Positions 1 to 12,405 of a stretch of DNA of 64,000 nucleotides are shown here, one piece after another. This DNA comes from Octopus vulgaris (taxonomy: Eukaryota). A program made the position numbers and the translations under genes. Numbering within the stretch: position 1 is the stretch's first letter; every line of letters starts with the position of its first letter. The DNA is taken from the NCBI GenBank assembly GCA_951406725.2, contig OX597843.1, positions 496,001 to 560,000 of the forward strand. Direction: 5' to 3'. The notes beneath the pieces are model-generated. The model was given only the letters and a program-made list of their open reading frames with translations. It was not told the DNA's origin and ran no database searches.

Positions 1-93
1 GAATAAGTCCCGGGGTCGATTTGCTTGATTAAAGGCGGTGCTCCAGCATGGCCGCAGTCAGATGACTGAAACAATTAAAAGAGTAAAAGAGTA
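1..93 (+). mobile_element. SINE family A, 3' tail (cut by window edge)
   Basis: AAGGCGGTGCTCCAGCATGGCCGCAGTC..ATGACTGAAAC..TAAAAGAG tail, the same as the tails of the full copies at 6358, 22533 and 36805. Confidence 0.9.
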
Positions 94-501
94 ATCATAT
101 CATTACTCTTTCAAAACATTGAATGGTATGTTACTTGTTGACAAATGAAATCATGATACATGCAATTCTAAAAGGCGGAGATGCAAAGAAATAACATTTG
201 GGGAAAAAATAATTTTGAAAATGTATTTATAGGTGGATATTAAATTATTTGGGAAACTCATTAAAAAGCACTTATTTTTTTTTAAAGAAAAAAGAATATT
301 TAAATTTAAGGATTTTAATTTTTATGTATAAACATACAGGTACATAGACATATATACTTATACACATACACACACGCAAAACTATACATATAATCAACAG
401 CATGGATCCATTGAGTGTACAAAGACAGTTGTGTGTGTGTGTGTGTGTAGCCATATATATATATGTGTGTGAGTAACAGTATGTATTTATATGTGACCAT
501 G

Positions 502-536
<35 letters not shown>

Positions 537-670
537 TTAGAGACAAAACCACTATTTTGCAAATCAAACAAGGAAAGACTTAATCAATACATAAAAAAAT
601 TTTAATATAAAGTAAATAAATCGCCACTACAATTTTTCCCTGTAAATTTGGATTATTCTCTAATATTTAT

Positions 671-713
<43 letters not shown>

Positions 714-839
714 TGTGTGTGTATTTGTATGTATTTTTATGTGAGCATGTATATGTATATATATATAGATAGATAGATAGATAGATATGCCTATATATAT
801 ATATATCTACATACACACACACATTCATATATATATATA

Positions 840-925
840 CTTTATTTAAAAGCAGCAGAAATATACTCTGGTATTTGAATACTCTTTTTTTCCACCTTGT
901 TTCACATTTATTGGCTTACTCCGGT
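840..925 (-). mobile_element. Internally deleted copy of the palindromic hammerhead element
   Basis: Reverse complement matches the 12931-12986 extension, joined to the TTTCTGCTGCTT..AAATAAAG arm end; the central hairpin is absent; flanked by (TA)n. Confidence 0.75.
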
Positions 926-1248
926 ATATATATATATGCACATGTGTATATACATGCACACACACACATATATACATATGCACATACAGATACCTGTACA
1001 CAAAGTGATGTATATATACACATGCATATACACAAACATATATACATATACACACACAAATATATATACATATGTATATACACACATGCAAGGAACAGTA
1101 ACAGTCAAAGAATGACACATAGCGGGGAGTCCAAATGGAATGGGAAGGTGATGGTGAGATGAAAGAGAAGAGGTAGAGAAGATGAAAAAGGAGGCAGAAG
1201 AGGAGGGTAGAAGGTACAAACACGCGTGCGCGCGCGTGCACACGCACG

Positions 1249-1302
<54 letters not shown>

Positions 1303-1819
1303 GAAACATGTTAACAGGAAGTGACCTGCCTTAGGTGACAGCGGAGGGGTGCCACAGGTCACTCTCTTGAGGTGGTAAAAAAAAATCTACTAAAGGTTGA
1401 CTCATTCAATCACACACACACACACACACTTCATTGCCAACCTAACCTCTCGCCACTGCACCCCTCATCCGGCATCAACCCCCCTCTACCCTGAATGCTT
1501 GCTGCCTGTTCAAGAACTTGCAGAGAATCGGCCAAATGAGTCATCGCAGACAGACAATTCATGAAGAAGGTAAATTTTATTGGAGGGGGGGCAACAACAA
1601 CAACAATAATAATAATAATAACAATAATAATAGTAATGAAAAATTTATTGATCCCAGAATTTTCTCCAAATGTAAAAAAACCCTTCCACAACTTACCCCT
1701 ACCACCTGATTCCATTGCCTACACCCTCATACCCCCTATCAAACACCCGGATTTTATAGAATAATAATAATAATAATCAATAAAATAATAATAATAAAAC
1801 AATGAATAATAATAATAAT

Positions 1820-2296
1820 TAGAAGAAGAAGAAGAGGAAGAAGGAGGAGGAGAAGAAGAAGAAGAAGATGGAAAAGAAGAAGGAGAAGGAAAAGAAGAAG
1901 AAGGAGAAGAAGAAGAAGGAGAAGGTGAAGAAGAAGAAGGAGAAGAAGAAGAAGAAGAAGAAGGAGAAGAAGAAAGAGGAAAAGAAGGAGAAGAAGAAGA
2001 AGAAGAAGGAAAAGAAGGAAAAGAAGAAGGAGAAGAAGATGGAAAAGAAGAAGAAGGAGAAGGAAAAGAAGGAAAAGAAGAAGAAGGAGAAGAAGAAGAA
2101 GAAGGTGAAGAAGAAGAAGGAAAAGAAGAAGGAGAAGAAGAAAGAGGAAAAGAAGGAGAAGAAGAAGAAGAAGGAAAAGAAGAAGGAGAAGAAGAGGAAG
2201 AAGAAGAAGAAGGAGAAGGAGAAGGTGAAGAAGAAGGAAAAGAAGAAGGAGAAGAAGAAAAGAAGAAGAAGAAGAAGGAGAAAAGAAGAAGGAGAA
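1820..2296 (+). repeat. (GAA/GGA)n purine-rich microsatellite
   Basis: Direct reading; accounts for the poly-K/E/S/F ORFs. Confidence 0.95.
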
Positions 2297-2649
2297 TAAT
2301 AAAAATTATAATAAGAAACAATAATAATAATACATTGGTTCTGGAATTTTCTCAAATCTAAAACCCTTTATGCTGCCCCTGATCCTCCTCCCCTCCTTTC
2401 CCCTCATCCTCATCCCAACCCCCACACCCCCACTCGATAAACACCCGAATCGCACAAAATTCGATGACGAAAATTTCACAGCTCATCTCACGATGACTCA
2501 TTTCTTTCTTGCTAAAAATGACACAGTCGCCCATCAATGGTGCCCCCCCCCCCCGATCAGTTCCAAGCCCCCTCGCTGCCGGTTCCACCAAGTTCTTCGC
2601 AGATGTAATAGGTAGAAGAATCAGCTAGATACAGTAGTGAAATTTCCCC

Positions 2650-2892
2650 TCGAAATCATGTTGCTGATGTGATGGTCATGGCTGGAACAAGTTTGATTAC
2701 AATAAGTACAAGTGGTTCAGCATCAGGAGTGACCTAGGTCTAAACCAACAACAGCAACAACCAGGAAGGATGCATTCGATACTGTAGTCCTAGATATACT
2801 ATGCCTGAATAAAAGATAGGTTGATCATAACTAGAACATCTTTGATCATAGGTCAGCTGGATCAGGGCTGACCTAGGGTTAAACAACAACCA
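2650..2892 (-). mobile_element. Old SINE-like relic, two tandem degenerate units
   Basis: Reverse complement resembles GTTGTTTAACCCCAGGTCAGCCCTGATC..GACCTATGATCAAAG, also seen at 28410-28950 and 53655-53760. Confidence 0.55.
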
Positions 2893-2911
2893 TCACACAC
2901 ACACACACACT

Positions 2912-3582
2912 CTTTACTCTTTTACTTGTTTCAGTCATGTGACTGTGGCCATGCTGGAGCACCGCCTTTAATCGATCAAATCGACCCCGGGACTTATTCT
3001 TTGTAAGCCTAGTACTTATTTTATCGGTCTCTTCTTTGCCGAACTGCTAAGTTACGGGGACGTAAACACACCAGCATCGGTTGTCAAGCGATGTTGGGAG
3101 GACAAACACAGACACACAAACACACACATACATTGCCAGCCTCGCCTGGCCCCTGTGCCGGTGGCACGTAAAAGCATCATCCGTCCATGGCTGTCTACCA
3201 GCTCTGTATGGCACCTGTGCGGGTGGCACATAAAAAGCACACACTACACTCACGGAGAGGTTGGCGTTAGGAAGGGCATCCAGCCGTAGAAACACTGCCA
3301 GATCAGACTGGAGCCTGGTGCAGCCTTCTGGCTTCACAGACCCCAGTTGAACTGTCCAACCCATGCTAGCATGGAAAGCAGATGTTAAATGATGATGATG
3401 ATGATATATATATACATATATATGACGGGCTTCTTTCAGTTTCCGTCTACCAAATCCACTCACAAGGCTTTGGTCGGCCCGGGGCTATAGTAGAAGACAC
3501 TTGCCCAAGGTGCCACGTAGTGGGACTGAACCAGAACCATGTGGTTGTTAAGCAAGCTACTTACCACACAGCCACTCCTAAG

Positions 3583-3583
<1 letters not shown>
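2912..3583 (-). mobile_element. SINE family A, interrupted in its internal microsatellite
   Basis: Tail at 2912-3132 and tRNA-like head at 3404-3583, both on the minus strand. Confidence 0.9.
3133..3403 (+). mobile_element. SINE family B 3' part (RTE-type tail ending in (GAT)n)
   Basis: GTTGGCGTTAGGAAGGGCATCCAGCCGTAGAAAC ... ACCCATGCTAGCATGGAAAG..GTTAAATGATGATG; further copies at 24089, 37660 and 41240. Confidence 0.85.
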
Positions 3584-3620
<37 letters not shown>

Positions 3621-3720
3621 TCAAAACAGTCTGATTCAAATTTGTTGGTACTCTGAGTTTCAAGTGCAATGCTAGTCTTCAGCCATTTTTGATTCATCTT
3701 CTTTTGTTCATCCACTCACT

Positions 3721-3758
<38 letters not shown>

Positions 3759-3760
<2 letters not shown>

Positions 3761-3912
3761 CACGGGCATGGCTGTGTGGTAAGAAGCTTGCTTCCCAACC
3801 ACATAGTTCCAGGTTCAGGCCTGTGTGGCACCTTGGGCAAGTGTCTTCTACTATAACCTCAGGCCAACCAAACCCTTGTGAGTGTATTTGGTAGAGACTG
3901 AAAGAAGCCTCC
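3759..3912 (+). mobile_element. SINE family A head
   Basis: A box TGGCTGTGTGGTAAG, B-box-like GGTTCAG, core CTTGGGCAAGTGTCTTC. Confidence 0.85.
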
Positions 3913-3934
3913 TGTGTGTGTGTATGTGTGTTTG

Positions 3935-3965
<31 letters not shown>

Positions 3966-4044
3966 ATATACACACATACATATATATATATACATATGTA
4001 TATATATGTACACACACACACACACACATATATATATACATATG

Positions 4045-4112
<68 letters not shown>

Positions 4113-4450
4113 TATACATATATATGTACACACACACACACACACATATATACATATACATATGTATATATATATATATATGTACACACACACACATATA
4201 TATACACATACATATGTATATATATATATATATATATACACACACATATATACATATACATACATATATATATATATAGACACACACACACATATATACA
4301 CATACATATGTGTATGTATATATATATATATATATATAGACACATACACATACATATATACATATACATATATATAGACACACACACACATATATGCACA
4401 TACATACATACACACATATATATATATATATACACACACACACATATATA
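3913..4450. repeat. Compound (TA)n/(CA)n microsatellite
   Basis: Direct reading. Confidence 0.95.
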
Positions 4451-5481
4451 GTAGGTATGTAAGTATATAACATCAAACCAAAGTGTCAATTATGACACAC
4501 ACCATAAAAGAAGCCGAGAGTCAAACACGCTATTGCGGACAACAACAACAGCAACAACAACCACAGACAGACAGACGGACAGAGAGGACACAGACAGATA
4601 TCAGAGACACTCATGAAGAGTATAGAACCAACCAGTCATACACGTACATAACAAAAGCCATAATGACCGCAGAGACAGACGGACTTACACATAATAAAGA
4701 CTATAAAAGGAGAAGAATCAGAGAAATGTTTCTCTCGAATCATAAAAAGTGAAATTAATGGCGAAGTATATTAGATATCGTATAATTTTAAGAAACAATA
4801 AGATCTAAAAAGCAACATCAAAAACAAAGAGAAGAAATGCGAGATGATAATAGAAGAAGAAAAAAAATGAAGAAAAGAGATGAAATACTTAAACACAGAA
4901 GACTATAAAAACTTGAGAATATTTTAAAATCTTAATTCTTCAAATTGTTATTTTTGCCTTTGGTTTTTTTTTTGTTGGATGCTTTCTTTGTTAGTGGCAC
5001 CAGCACTAGTGAGGTCACCATACTGCTTGCAAGACTATAAAAACATGAGAATATTTTAAAATCTTAATTCTTCGAATTGTTATTTTTGCCTTTGGTTTTT
5101 TTTTCATCATTATCATCATCGTCGTCTTCATCATCGTTTCACGTTCCCTTTTCCAAGCTGGTGGTTCCCCAGGACTTCGTCTTGCCCCGATGTCCACTTT
5201 GGCATGGTCACTATGGCCGGATGTCCGTCCTAACGCCAACCGCTTTACAGCATGTGTTGGATGCTTTCTTTGTTAGTGACACCAGCATTAGTGAGGTCAC
5301 CGTACTGCTTGCAAGACTACAAGCCCCAAGGAGCAATCAGCTTTAGTCCACCAGGTTAGGGGTTCACATACATGCACACTCGCTTAGCCAATGGGGTTGC
5401 ATCATTTGAAGGCTAAAACAATGCGAAGCGCATTGTGACCAGCGATGTGTAGCAACATCTGGTAGCCTGGTCGATCATGGT

Positions 5482-5555
5482 GATATATATATATATATAT
5501 ATATACATCTACATATGTATATATGTATATATACGTATGTCATATATTGCATGTC

Positions 5556-5588
<33 letters not shown>

Positions 5589-5689
5589 TATACATATACA
5601 TATATACGTCATACATATACATATATATATATACACACATATATATACATATATATATACACACATACATATACATATATATGCATGTC

Positions 5690-5722
<33 letters not shown>

Positions 5723-6145
5723 TATACATATACATATATACATATACATATACACATATATATATATATATATATACACATATATATACATATACATATA
5801 TACATATACATATACACATATATATATATATATATACACATATATATACATATACATATATATACATACATATGTCATATATATACATATATATACATAC
5901 ATATGTCATATATACATACATATGTCATATATATATATACATACATGTCATATATATATACATACATGTCATATATATATACATACATGTCATATATATA
6001 TATACATACATGTCATATATATATATATACACACACACACAAAAAACATATACATACATCTATCATATATATAAATACACTACATGTGTGTGTGTGTGTG
6101 TGCATGTATAATGTGTGTGTATGTATGAATACACATACAGACACA
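5482..6145. repeat. Compound (TA)/(CATATA) microsatellite
   Basis: Direct reading. Confidence 0.95.
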
Positions 6146-6357
6146 CACTTGTTTTGTTTTTTCTTCCTGCTTCATCATATTGTCCAATTTAAGAATCTGA
6201 CTAAAGCAGCAATCTGTGCAACACGACAATAATTAATTTGGCGCTAGTCTTGGATTTAAGCAAATGAATTCCTCATTCATCATTCTGTTCAGCTTAAATA
6301 TGAAATGCTAAAGTCTTAAACGGAACAGCAGTTGCGTCATATGGCGCCGTATATATA

Positions 6358-6769
6358 GGCGCAGGAGTGGCTCTGTGTCAAGTAGCTTGCTTACCAATCA
6401 CATGGTTGCGGGTTCAGTCCCACTGCGTGGCATCTTGGTGAAGTGTCTTCTGCTATAGCCCCGGGCCGACCAAAGCCTTGTGAGTGGATTTGGTAGACGG
6501 AAACTGAAAGAAGCCTGTCGTATATATGTATATATTTGTATATATATATCTATGTGTGTGTGTGTCTGAGATTGTCCCCCTAGCATTGCTTGACAACCGA
6601 TGCTGGTGTGTTTACATCCCCGTCACTTAGCGGTTCGGCAAAAGGAGACCGATAGAATAAGTACTGGGCTTACAAAGAATAAGTCCCGGGGTCGATTTGC
6701 TCGACTAAAGGCGGTGCTCCAGCATGGCTGCAGTCACATGACTGAAACAAGTAAAAGAGTAAAGAGTAA
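6358..6769 (+). mobile_element. SINE family A, full length
   Basis: GGCGCAGGAGTGG head with A/B boxes, CORE-like block, internal (TA)(TG) tract, LINE-like tail. Confidence 0.92.
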
Positions 6770-6926
6770 TATATGCATATAGCCCATGGCCAAATAGGGA
6801 AGATGGAAGTTTACTCTGCAATCATTCTGGCTCTTGATCTGACTAACCCCACCCTTACCTCAGTCATACACCGTAACAGTTATGTTCTGCATTCTATTAG
6901 TTATCATGAAGTTTGTACATGCATAA

Positions 6927-7148
6927 CCCTTTTGTTACCATATTTCTGTTGAGATGCTCTGTGTTTCTTTCAATTAATTTTAAATATAGCAAAGAATTTA
7001 GTAAAATAACTTAGTTATAATTAAACTAGTGTTAGGAACATAAATTGTGACTGAGGTTTGGTGGAAGATTTTTAATTCCAAACTTATGAAAACAAGACAT
7101 TTGTACTCAGAACCAGAACCGGTTTCAGCTGGTTTGGTAATGAAAGGG
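6927..7148 (+). mobile_element. piggyBac-type MITE
   Basis: Termini CCCTTTTGTTACCA and TGGTAATGAAAGGG, flanked by ATAA/TTAA; copies at 48874 and 49123. Confidence 0.8.
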
Positions 7149-7380
7149 TTAATGTCCGTTCTCCATGCTGGCATGGGTTGGACGGTTCGACCGGGACCTG
7201 AGAAGCTAGAAGGCTGCACCAGGCTCCAGCCTGATCTGGTAGTGTTTCTACAGCTGGATGCCCTTTCTAATGCCAACCACTCCGCGAGTGTAGTGGATGC
7301 TTTTTATGTGCCACCGGCACAGGTCCCAGGCGAGGCTGGCAACGGCCACGATCAGATTGGTGCTTTTTACATGCCACCAT
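7149..7380 (-). mobile_element. SINE family B 3' part
   Basis: Reverse complement of the B tail; the MITE abuts the TTAA of that tail. Confidence 0.8.
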
Positions 7381-7387
7381 ATATATT

Positions 7388-8270
7388 CTTTTATTTGTTT
7401 CAGTCATTTGACTGCAGCCATTCTGGAGCACCATCTTTAATTGAACAAATCGAACCCAGGCCCTTATTCTTTGTAAGCCTAGTACTTACTCTATCATTAC
7501 TCTTTTGCTGAACTGCTAAGTTATGGAGACATAAACACACCAGCATCGGTTGTCAAGCAATGTTGGGGGGACAAACACAGACACACAAACATAGACATAC
7601 AAATATATATATATATATATATATATAGTTAATCAAAACATATATATATATAGTTAATCCAAACATGAAAACACAAAGAGAAAACACAACAACGTGAGGA
7701 CATGGAACAAGTATAGTATTATTGGATGCTCAGGAAAGGAAAGAAGGAGGGTTTAACGTTTCGAGCGGAGCTCTTCGTCGGAAACATAGGAGAAGGAAAG
7801 ATCCAGAGAAGGGAAGACAGAGGAAAAAAAATCGCCAACGGTACACATGAGGTCACATGTCACACACACACACACATATATTCCCTTCTCCCTAGCTCTC
7901 CTGTGTGACCCTTCTGTCTGGCCTTCGCCATGATAGATCGCTAGCCACTACACATTCTTTATTTTCTCTCCTTGTTTCTTTCTGTGTCCCTTTCTGTAGG
8001 CTCGAAATGTTAAAGACTTTTTCATTTCCCGAGCGTTATACTAATACATCTGTTTGTTTTGTACACCACCTGTCTTCGTCTTTTGTTTTTTTTTGTGAAT
8101 TCTCCTCCTATATATATATATATATATATATATATCCTTAAAATCCTTAAATGTTTTAGCCCGAAAGCCGCGGGCATGCTGGGGCACACATGACTGGCTT
8201 CTTTCAGTTTCTGTCTACCAAACCCACTCACAAGGCTTCAGTCATCCTGAGACTATATAGTAGAAGACAT
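7388..8270 (-). mobile_element. SINE family A split by an insertion at 7628-8190
   Basis: 3' half at 7388-7600 and a remnant of the 5' half at 8190-8270. Confidence 0.75.
7751..7785 (-). ncRNA. Minimal type-I hammerhead ribozyme-like motif (U4C variant)
   Basis: Minus strand GTTT-CCGACGA-A-GAGC-TCC-GCTC-GAA-ACGT-T-AAAC: stem I GTTT/AAAC, stem II GAGC/GCTC, palindromic stem III ACGT. Confidence 0.6.
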
Positions 8271-8537
8271 CAGGCTTTGTGCAGTTTCCATCAACCACAT
8301 TGCTTGACCATGGGACCACAGCAGTAGATGTTTGCCCCATTTGAGAACTCAGCTCTATAGCATATAATGATTTGCACTCCTCTCACACAAACTCAGGCCA
8401 CTCAAAGAAACATTCCGCATTGCTCCATCCCAACTGAGATAGACACTAAATATAACAACAACAACAAGCCATGACCACCACCACCAAATTCCACAACATG
8501 GGTACAAAACATTATTCTACAATGCCAAAAGATAATG

Positions 8538-9020
8538 CTACACACATACACGAAGACACACATGCACACGCATGCAAACACACACATACACATGCACACA
8601 GATGTAAACGCACACACACACACATGCGTGCACATGTACTCACACAGGCATTCGTACACACACAACTATATATATATATATATATATTTATACACACATG
8701 CACATACACGCACACACACATATACACACATGCATACACATACACATGCACACACACATCTATGCACACACATGCACATACACGCACACACATACACACA
8801 CACACACATATACACACATACATATACATACACATGCACACACATCCATGCACACACATGCACATACACGCACACACACATATACACACATACATGCACA
8901 CACACATGCACAGATACGTACACACATACATACACACAAACATACACAAATGTCCACGCATGCACATACACACATACACACACACACACAGACTATACCC
9001 CCCCAAACACACACACATAT
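8538..9020. repeat. (CA)/(CATA)/(CACG) compound microsatellite
   Basis: Direct reading. Confidence 0.95.
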
Positions 9021-9573
9021 CCACCCCACCCCCACTCCCACGCGTACACAGTGGAGAGGTGGTGCAGCCGGCGGTGCAACAAACGAACGCTCATATCTGC
9101 AACCCCCCCCTGCCCGATAACAGATCTAGTTCATTGGTATCACAACACAGCAGGGGGCGACGGATAAGATAACAAGACAAATGTTATTGCTACAAATGCC
9201 ATAGCAGGGGGTAAAAACAACTACAACAACAACAACAGTCGCAACACTGATGATAATAATAACGATAATAATAACAGGAATGTACAGAATTGAGAGTGGT
9301 TTTGTTTTATGAGCCGCCATCTGTCCGTCTGTTTGCCTGTAGATGGGTCGGAGGAGAGTAGGACTTTGGTGTGTGTGTGTGTGTGTACGTGTGTTAGACC
9401 ACACAGGCAGAGCTTACATGATATATATATATATATATTCATATATATATAACATAAATAATATACAGCATAATATAATACATACATACATACAATATAA
9501 TATATATATAAGCGATACGAAATGGCAGATTGTTAGGAAGGAGAGACACACAAATAAGAAAGAAAGCAAAGGA

Positions 9574-9613
9574 CCACTGATGAGGTCACAGAATTGTGAC
9601 GAAAGAACTCTGG
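9574..9613 (+). ncRNA. Minimal type-I hammerhead ribozyme
   Basis: CCA-CTGATGA-G-GTCAC-AGAATT-GTGAC-GAAA-G-AA-C-TC-TGG: core motifs present, 5-bp stem II, stem I CCA/TGG, CUC cleavage triplet. Confidence 0.72.
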
Positions 9614-9721
9614 CTGGAATACAATTAATATAAAATAAAGCTGAAGCTAGTGAACACCAAATATATAATGTGTGTGTTTTCATTGGCTAAACTGACACCA
9701 TAACCATCCCCAAATACAACA

Positions 9722-9767
<46 letters not shown>

Positions 9768-10424
9768 TAAATTAGAGATAAAACCACTATTAAGCAAATC
9801 AAACAGAGAAAAACATAAACCAAAACATAATATAAAATTTAAATTATTTAAATTTAAAATTATTAATTTATATTTATAAATTTTTATTTATTTTTTATTA
9901 TTTATCTTTTACTTTTTATTTTTTATTTTTTATATTATTTATTATTTATTATTATTTTTTTTTTAGTTAATCCAAACATGAAAACACAAAGAGAAAACAC
10001 AACAACGCGAGGACGTGGAACAAATATAGTATTATTGGACGCTCAGGAAAGAAGGGAAATATTTATTTATTTATGTAAAATATAAATAATGTGCCGGTGC
10101 CACATAAAAAATATAAGTGCACCCATGCCAGAACAGACAATTGGAGTCTGGACATGCCAAACCATCCAACTCATGCCAGCACAGAAAGCGAATGTTAAAC
10201 ACTGATGATATAATATAATAAATAAAATATACACGAGGAGCACTCCGTTGATTATGACAACAAGGGTCCCAGCTGATATGATCAACAGAACAGCAGATTT
10301 GGTAGGCAGAGACTGAAAGAAGCAGTCATATATGTGTGTGTGTGTGTGTTGTATTACCCCACCATAACTTAGCAGTTCAGCAAAACAAACCAATAAAGTA
10401 CCAGGCTTATAAAAAATAAGTACA

Positions 10425-11010
10425 GGCGCAGGAGTGGCTGTGTGGTAAGTAGCTTGCTAACCAACCACATGGTTCCGGGTTCAGTCCCACTGTGTGACAC
10501 CTTGGGCAAGTGTCTTCTGCTATAGCCTCGGGCCGACCAATGCCTTGTGGGTGGATTTGGTAGACGGAAACTGAAAGAAGCCCGTCGTATATATGTATAT
10601 ATATATATATATAGATGTAGGAGTGGCTGCATGGTAAGTAGCTTGCTTATGAACCACATGGTTCTGGGTTCAGTCCCACTGCGTGGCATCTTGGGCAAGT
10701 GTCTTCTGCTATAGCCCCGGGCCGACCAATGCCTTGTGAGTGGATTTGGTAGACGGAAACTGAAAGAAGCCCATCGTATATATGTATATATATATATATG
10801 TATGTGTGTGTGTTTGTCCCCCTAGCATTGCTTTACAACCGATGCTGGTGTATTTACGTCCTCCGTAACTTAGCGGTTTGGCAAAAGAGACCGATAGAAT
10901 AAGTACTGGGCTTACAAAGAATAAGTTCTGGGGTCGATTTGCTCGACTATGAGGCGGTGCTCCAGCATGGCCGCAGTCAAATGACTGAAACAAGTAAAAG
11001 AGTAAAGAGA
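10425..11010 (+). mobile_element. SINE family A, duplicated head (10425, 10614) plus full body
   Basis: Two consecutive heads separated by (TA)n, then the tail. Confidence 0.9.
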
Positions 11011-11282
11011 GGATCAAGGATCAATTCATTCAACTAAACACTCTTTAAGGCAGAGCTCCAGCATGGCCACAGTCTAATGACTAAAACAAGTAAAAGATGA
11101 AAGATATATGATGATATCTATTAAATACTCTCATAAGACTTTGGTAGGCCTGGGGTTATAACAGAAAATTTTTAAAAAAACATTTACCCAAGGAGCAATG
11201 CAGTGGGATTGAACTCAAACCTGTGTGATTGGCAAGCAAGCTTCTTAACCACATAGTTATACTTAACAGGATAAACGAGATT

Positions 11283-11688
11283 ACTCTTTTACTCTTTTAC
11301 TTGTTTCAGTCATTTGACTGCGGCCATGCTGGAGCACCGCATTTTAGTCGAGCAAATCGACCCCGGGACTTATTCTTTTTGTAAGCCCAGTACTTATTCT
11401 ATCGGCCTCTTTTGCTGAACCTCTAAGTGACGGGGGCGTAAACACACCAGCATCGGTTGTCAAGCAATGCTAGGAGGACAAACACAGAGACTCAAACACA
11501 CGCACACATATATATATATACAATTATACGACGGGCTTCTTTCAGTTTCCGTCTACCAAATCCACTCACAAGGCATTGGTCGGCTCGGAGCTATAGCAGA
11601 AGACACTTGCCCAAGATGCCACGCAGTGAGACTGAACCCGGAACCATGTGGTTGGTAAGCAAGCTACTTACCACACAGCCACTCCTAT
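11283..11688 (-). mobile_element. SINE family A, full length
   Basis: Reverse complement of the consensus. Confidence 0.92.
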
Positions 11689-11983
11689 GTATATTTTTTA
11701 TGTATTTATCAATAGAATTACAAAGGAACTCAAGGAAATGAAAGTATTTTTTCCAACATTAATTTTTACCAACTCGAAAGACAAAAACTTATGTAATTTC
11801 ATCTCAGAATAAGATCTACACATAAATAGACAGCTTTAAATATGTCACCGAGATTAAGAGATTACAGATAATCCATGGATTTATATATAGACAGACGGAC
11901 TGATAAATTACATATAGATGTTCAATAAAAGAGGGGTAGGATGACCCTGGAAAACACACACACACACATATATATAATCTTGT

Positions 11984-12088
11984 GAAGGCACATGGCTCAG
12001 TGGTTAGAGCGTAGAGCTTACGATCGTGAGGTTGTGAGTTTGATTCCCAGACCGGGCTGTGTGTTGTGTTCTTGAGCAAGACACTTTA
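11984..12088 (+). mobile_element. SINE family D head (tRNA-derived)
   Basis: GAAGGCACATGGCTCAGTGGTTAGAGCG...TTCTTGAGCAAGACACT; copies at 43311 and 58626. Confidence 0.8.
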
Positions 12089-12405
12089 TAAAAACATCTT
12101 TTTCTCTTGGCTTTATTGAGAAAATTCTATAGTTTGTAAGATATTTCTTCTTGTTTTTTCTTCAATTTCTGCAATTTCAACCAATCAATGACGTCCATTG
12201 AGGTAAAAAAAACATTCTGTGCCGTATGAATACGTCCCTCGTTTAAGAAACAGATTGGGTTTATTTACATTTCTGAAGGAAAAAAGATACCCTAACTAAC
12301 CCTAACACAGATTGAAATGCAATAGATCGATACTAGGGTCATAATTATGGGTGACAATTTCATATGACACTGCTAGAAAAACCTGCCGTTCAATCCGAAA
12401 AGATC
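12087..12405 (+). mobile_element. Right part of a putative non-autonomous DNA element
   Basis: Ends CTGCCGTTCAATCCGAAAAGATC, roughly complementary to the GATCTTTACCTTTTGACCGACAG start at 24587; the two fragments share TATAAAACATC. Confidence 0.45.

Noticed and set aside
12290-12306. Telomeric CCCTAA repeats
   Set aside because: Only about two imperfect units, inside a dispersed element
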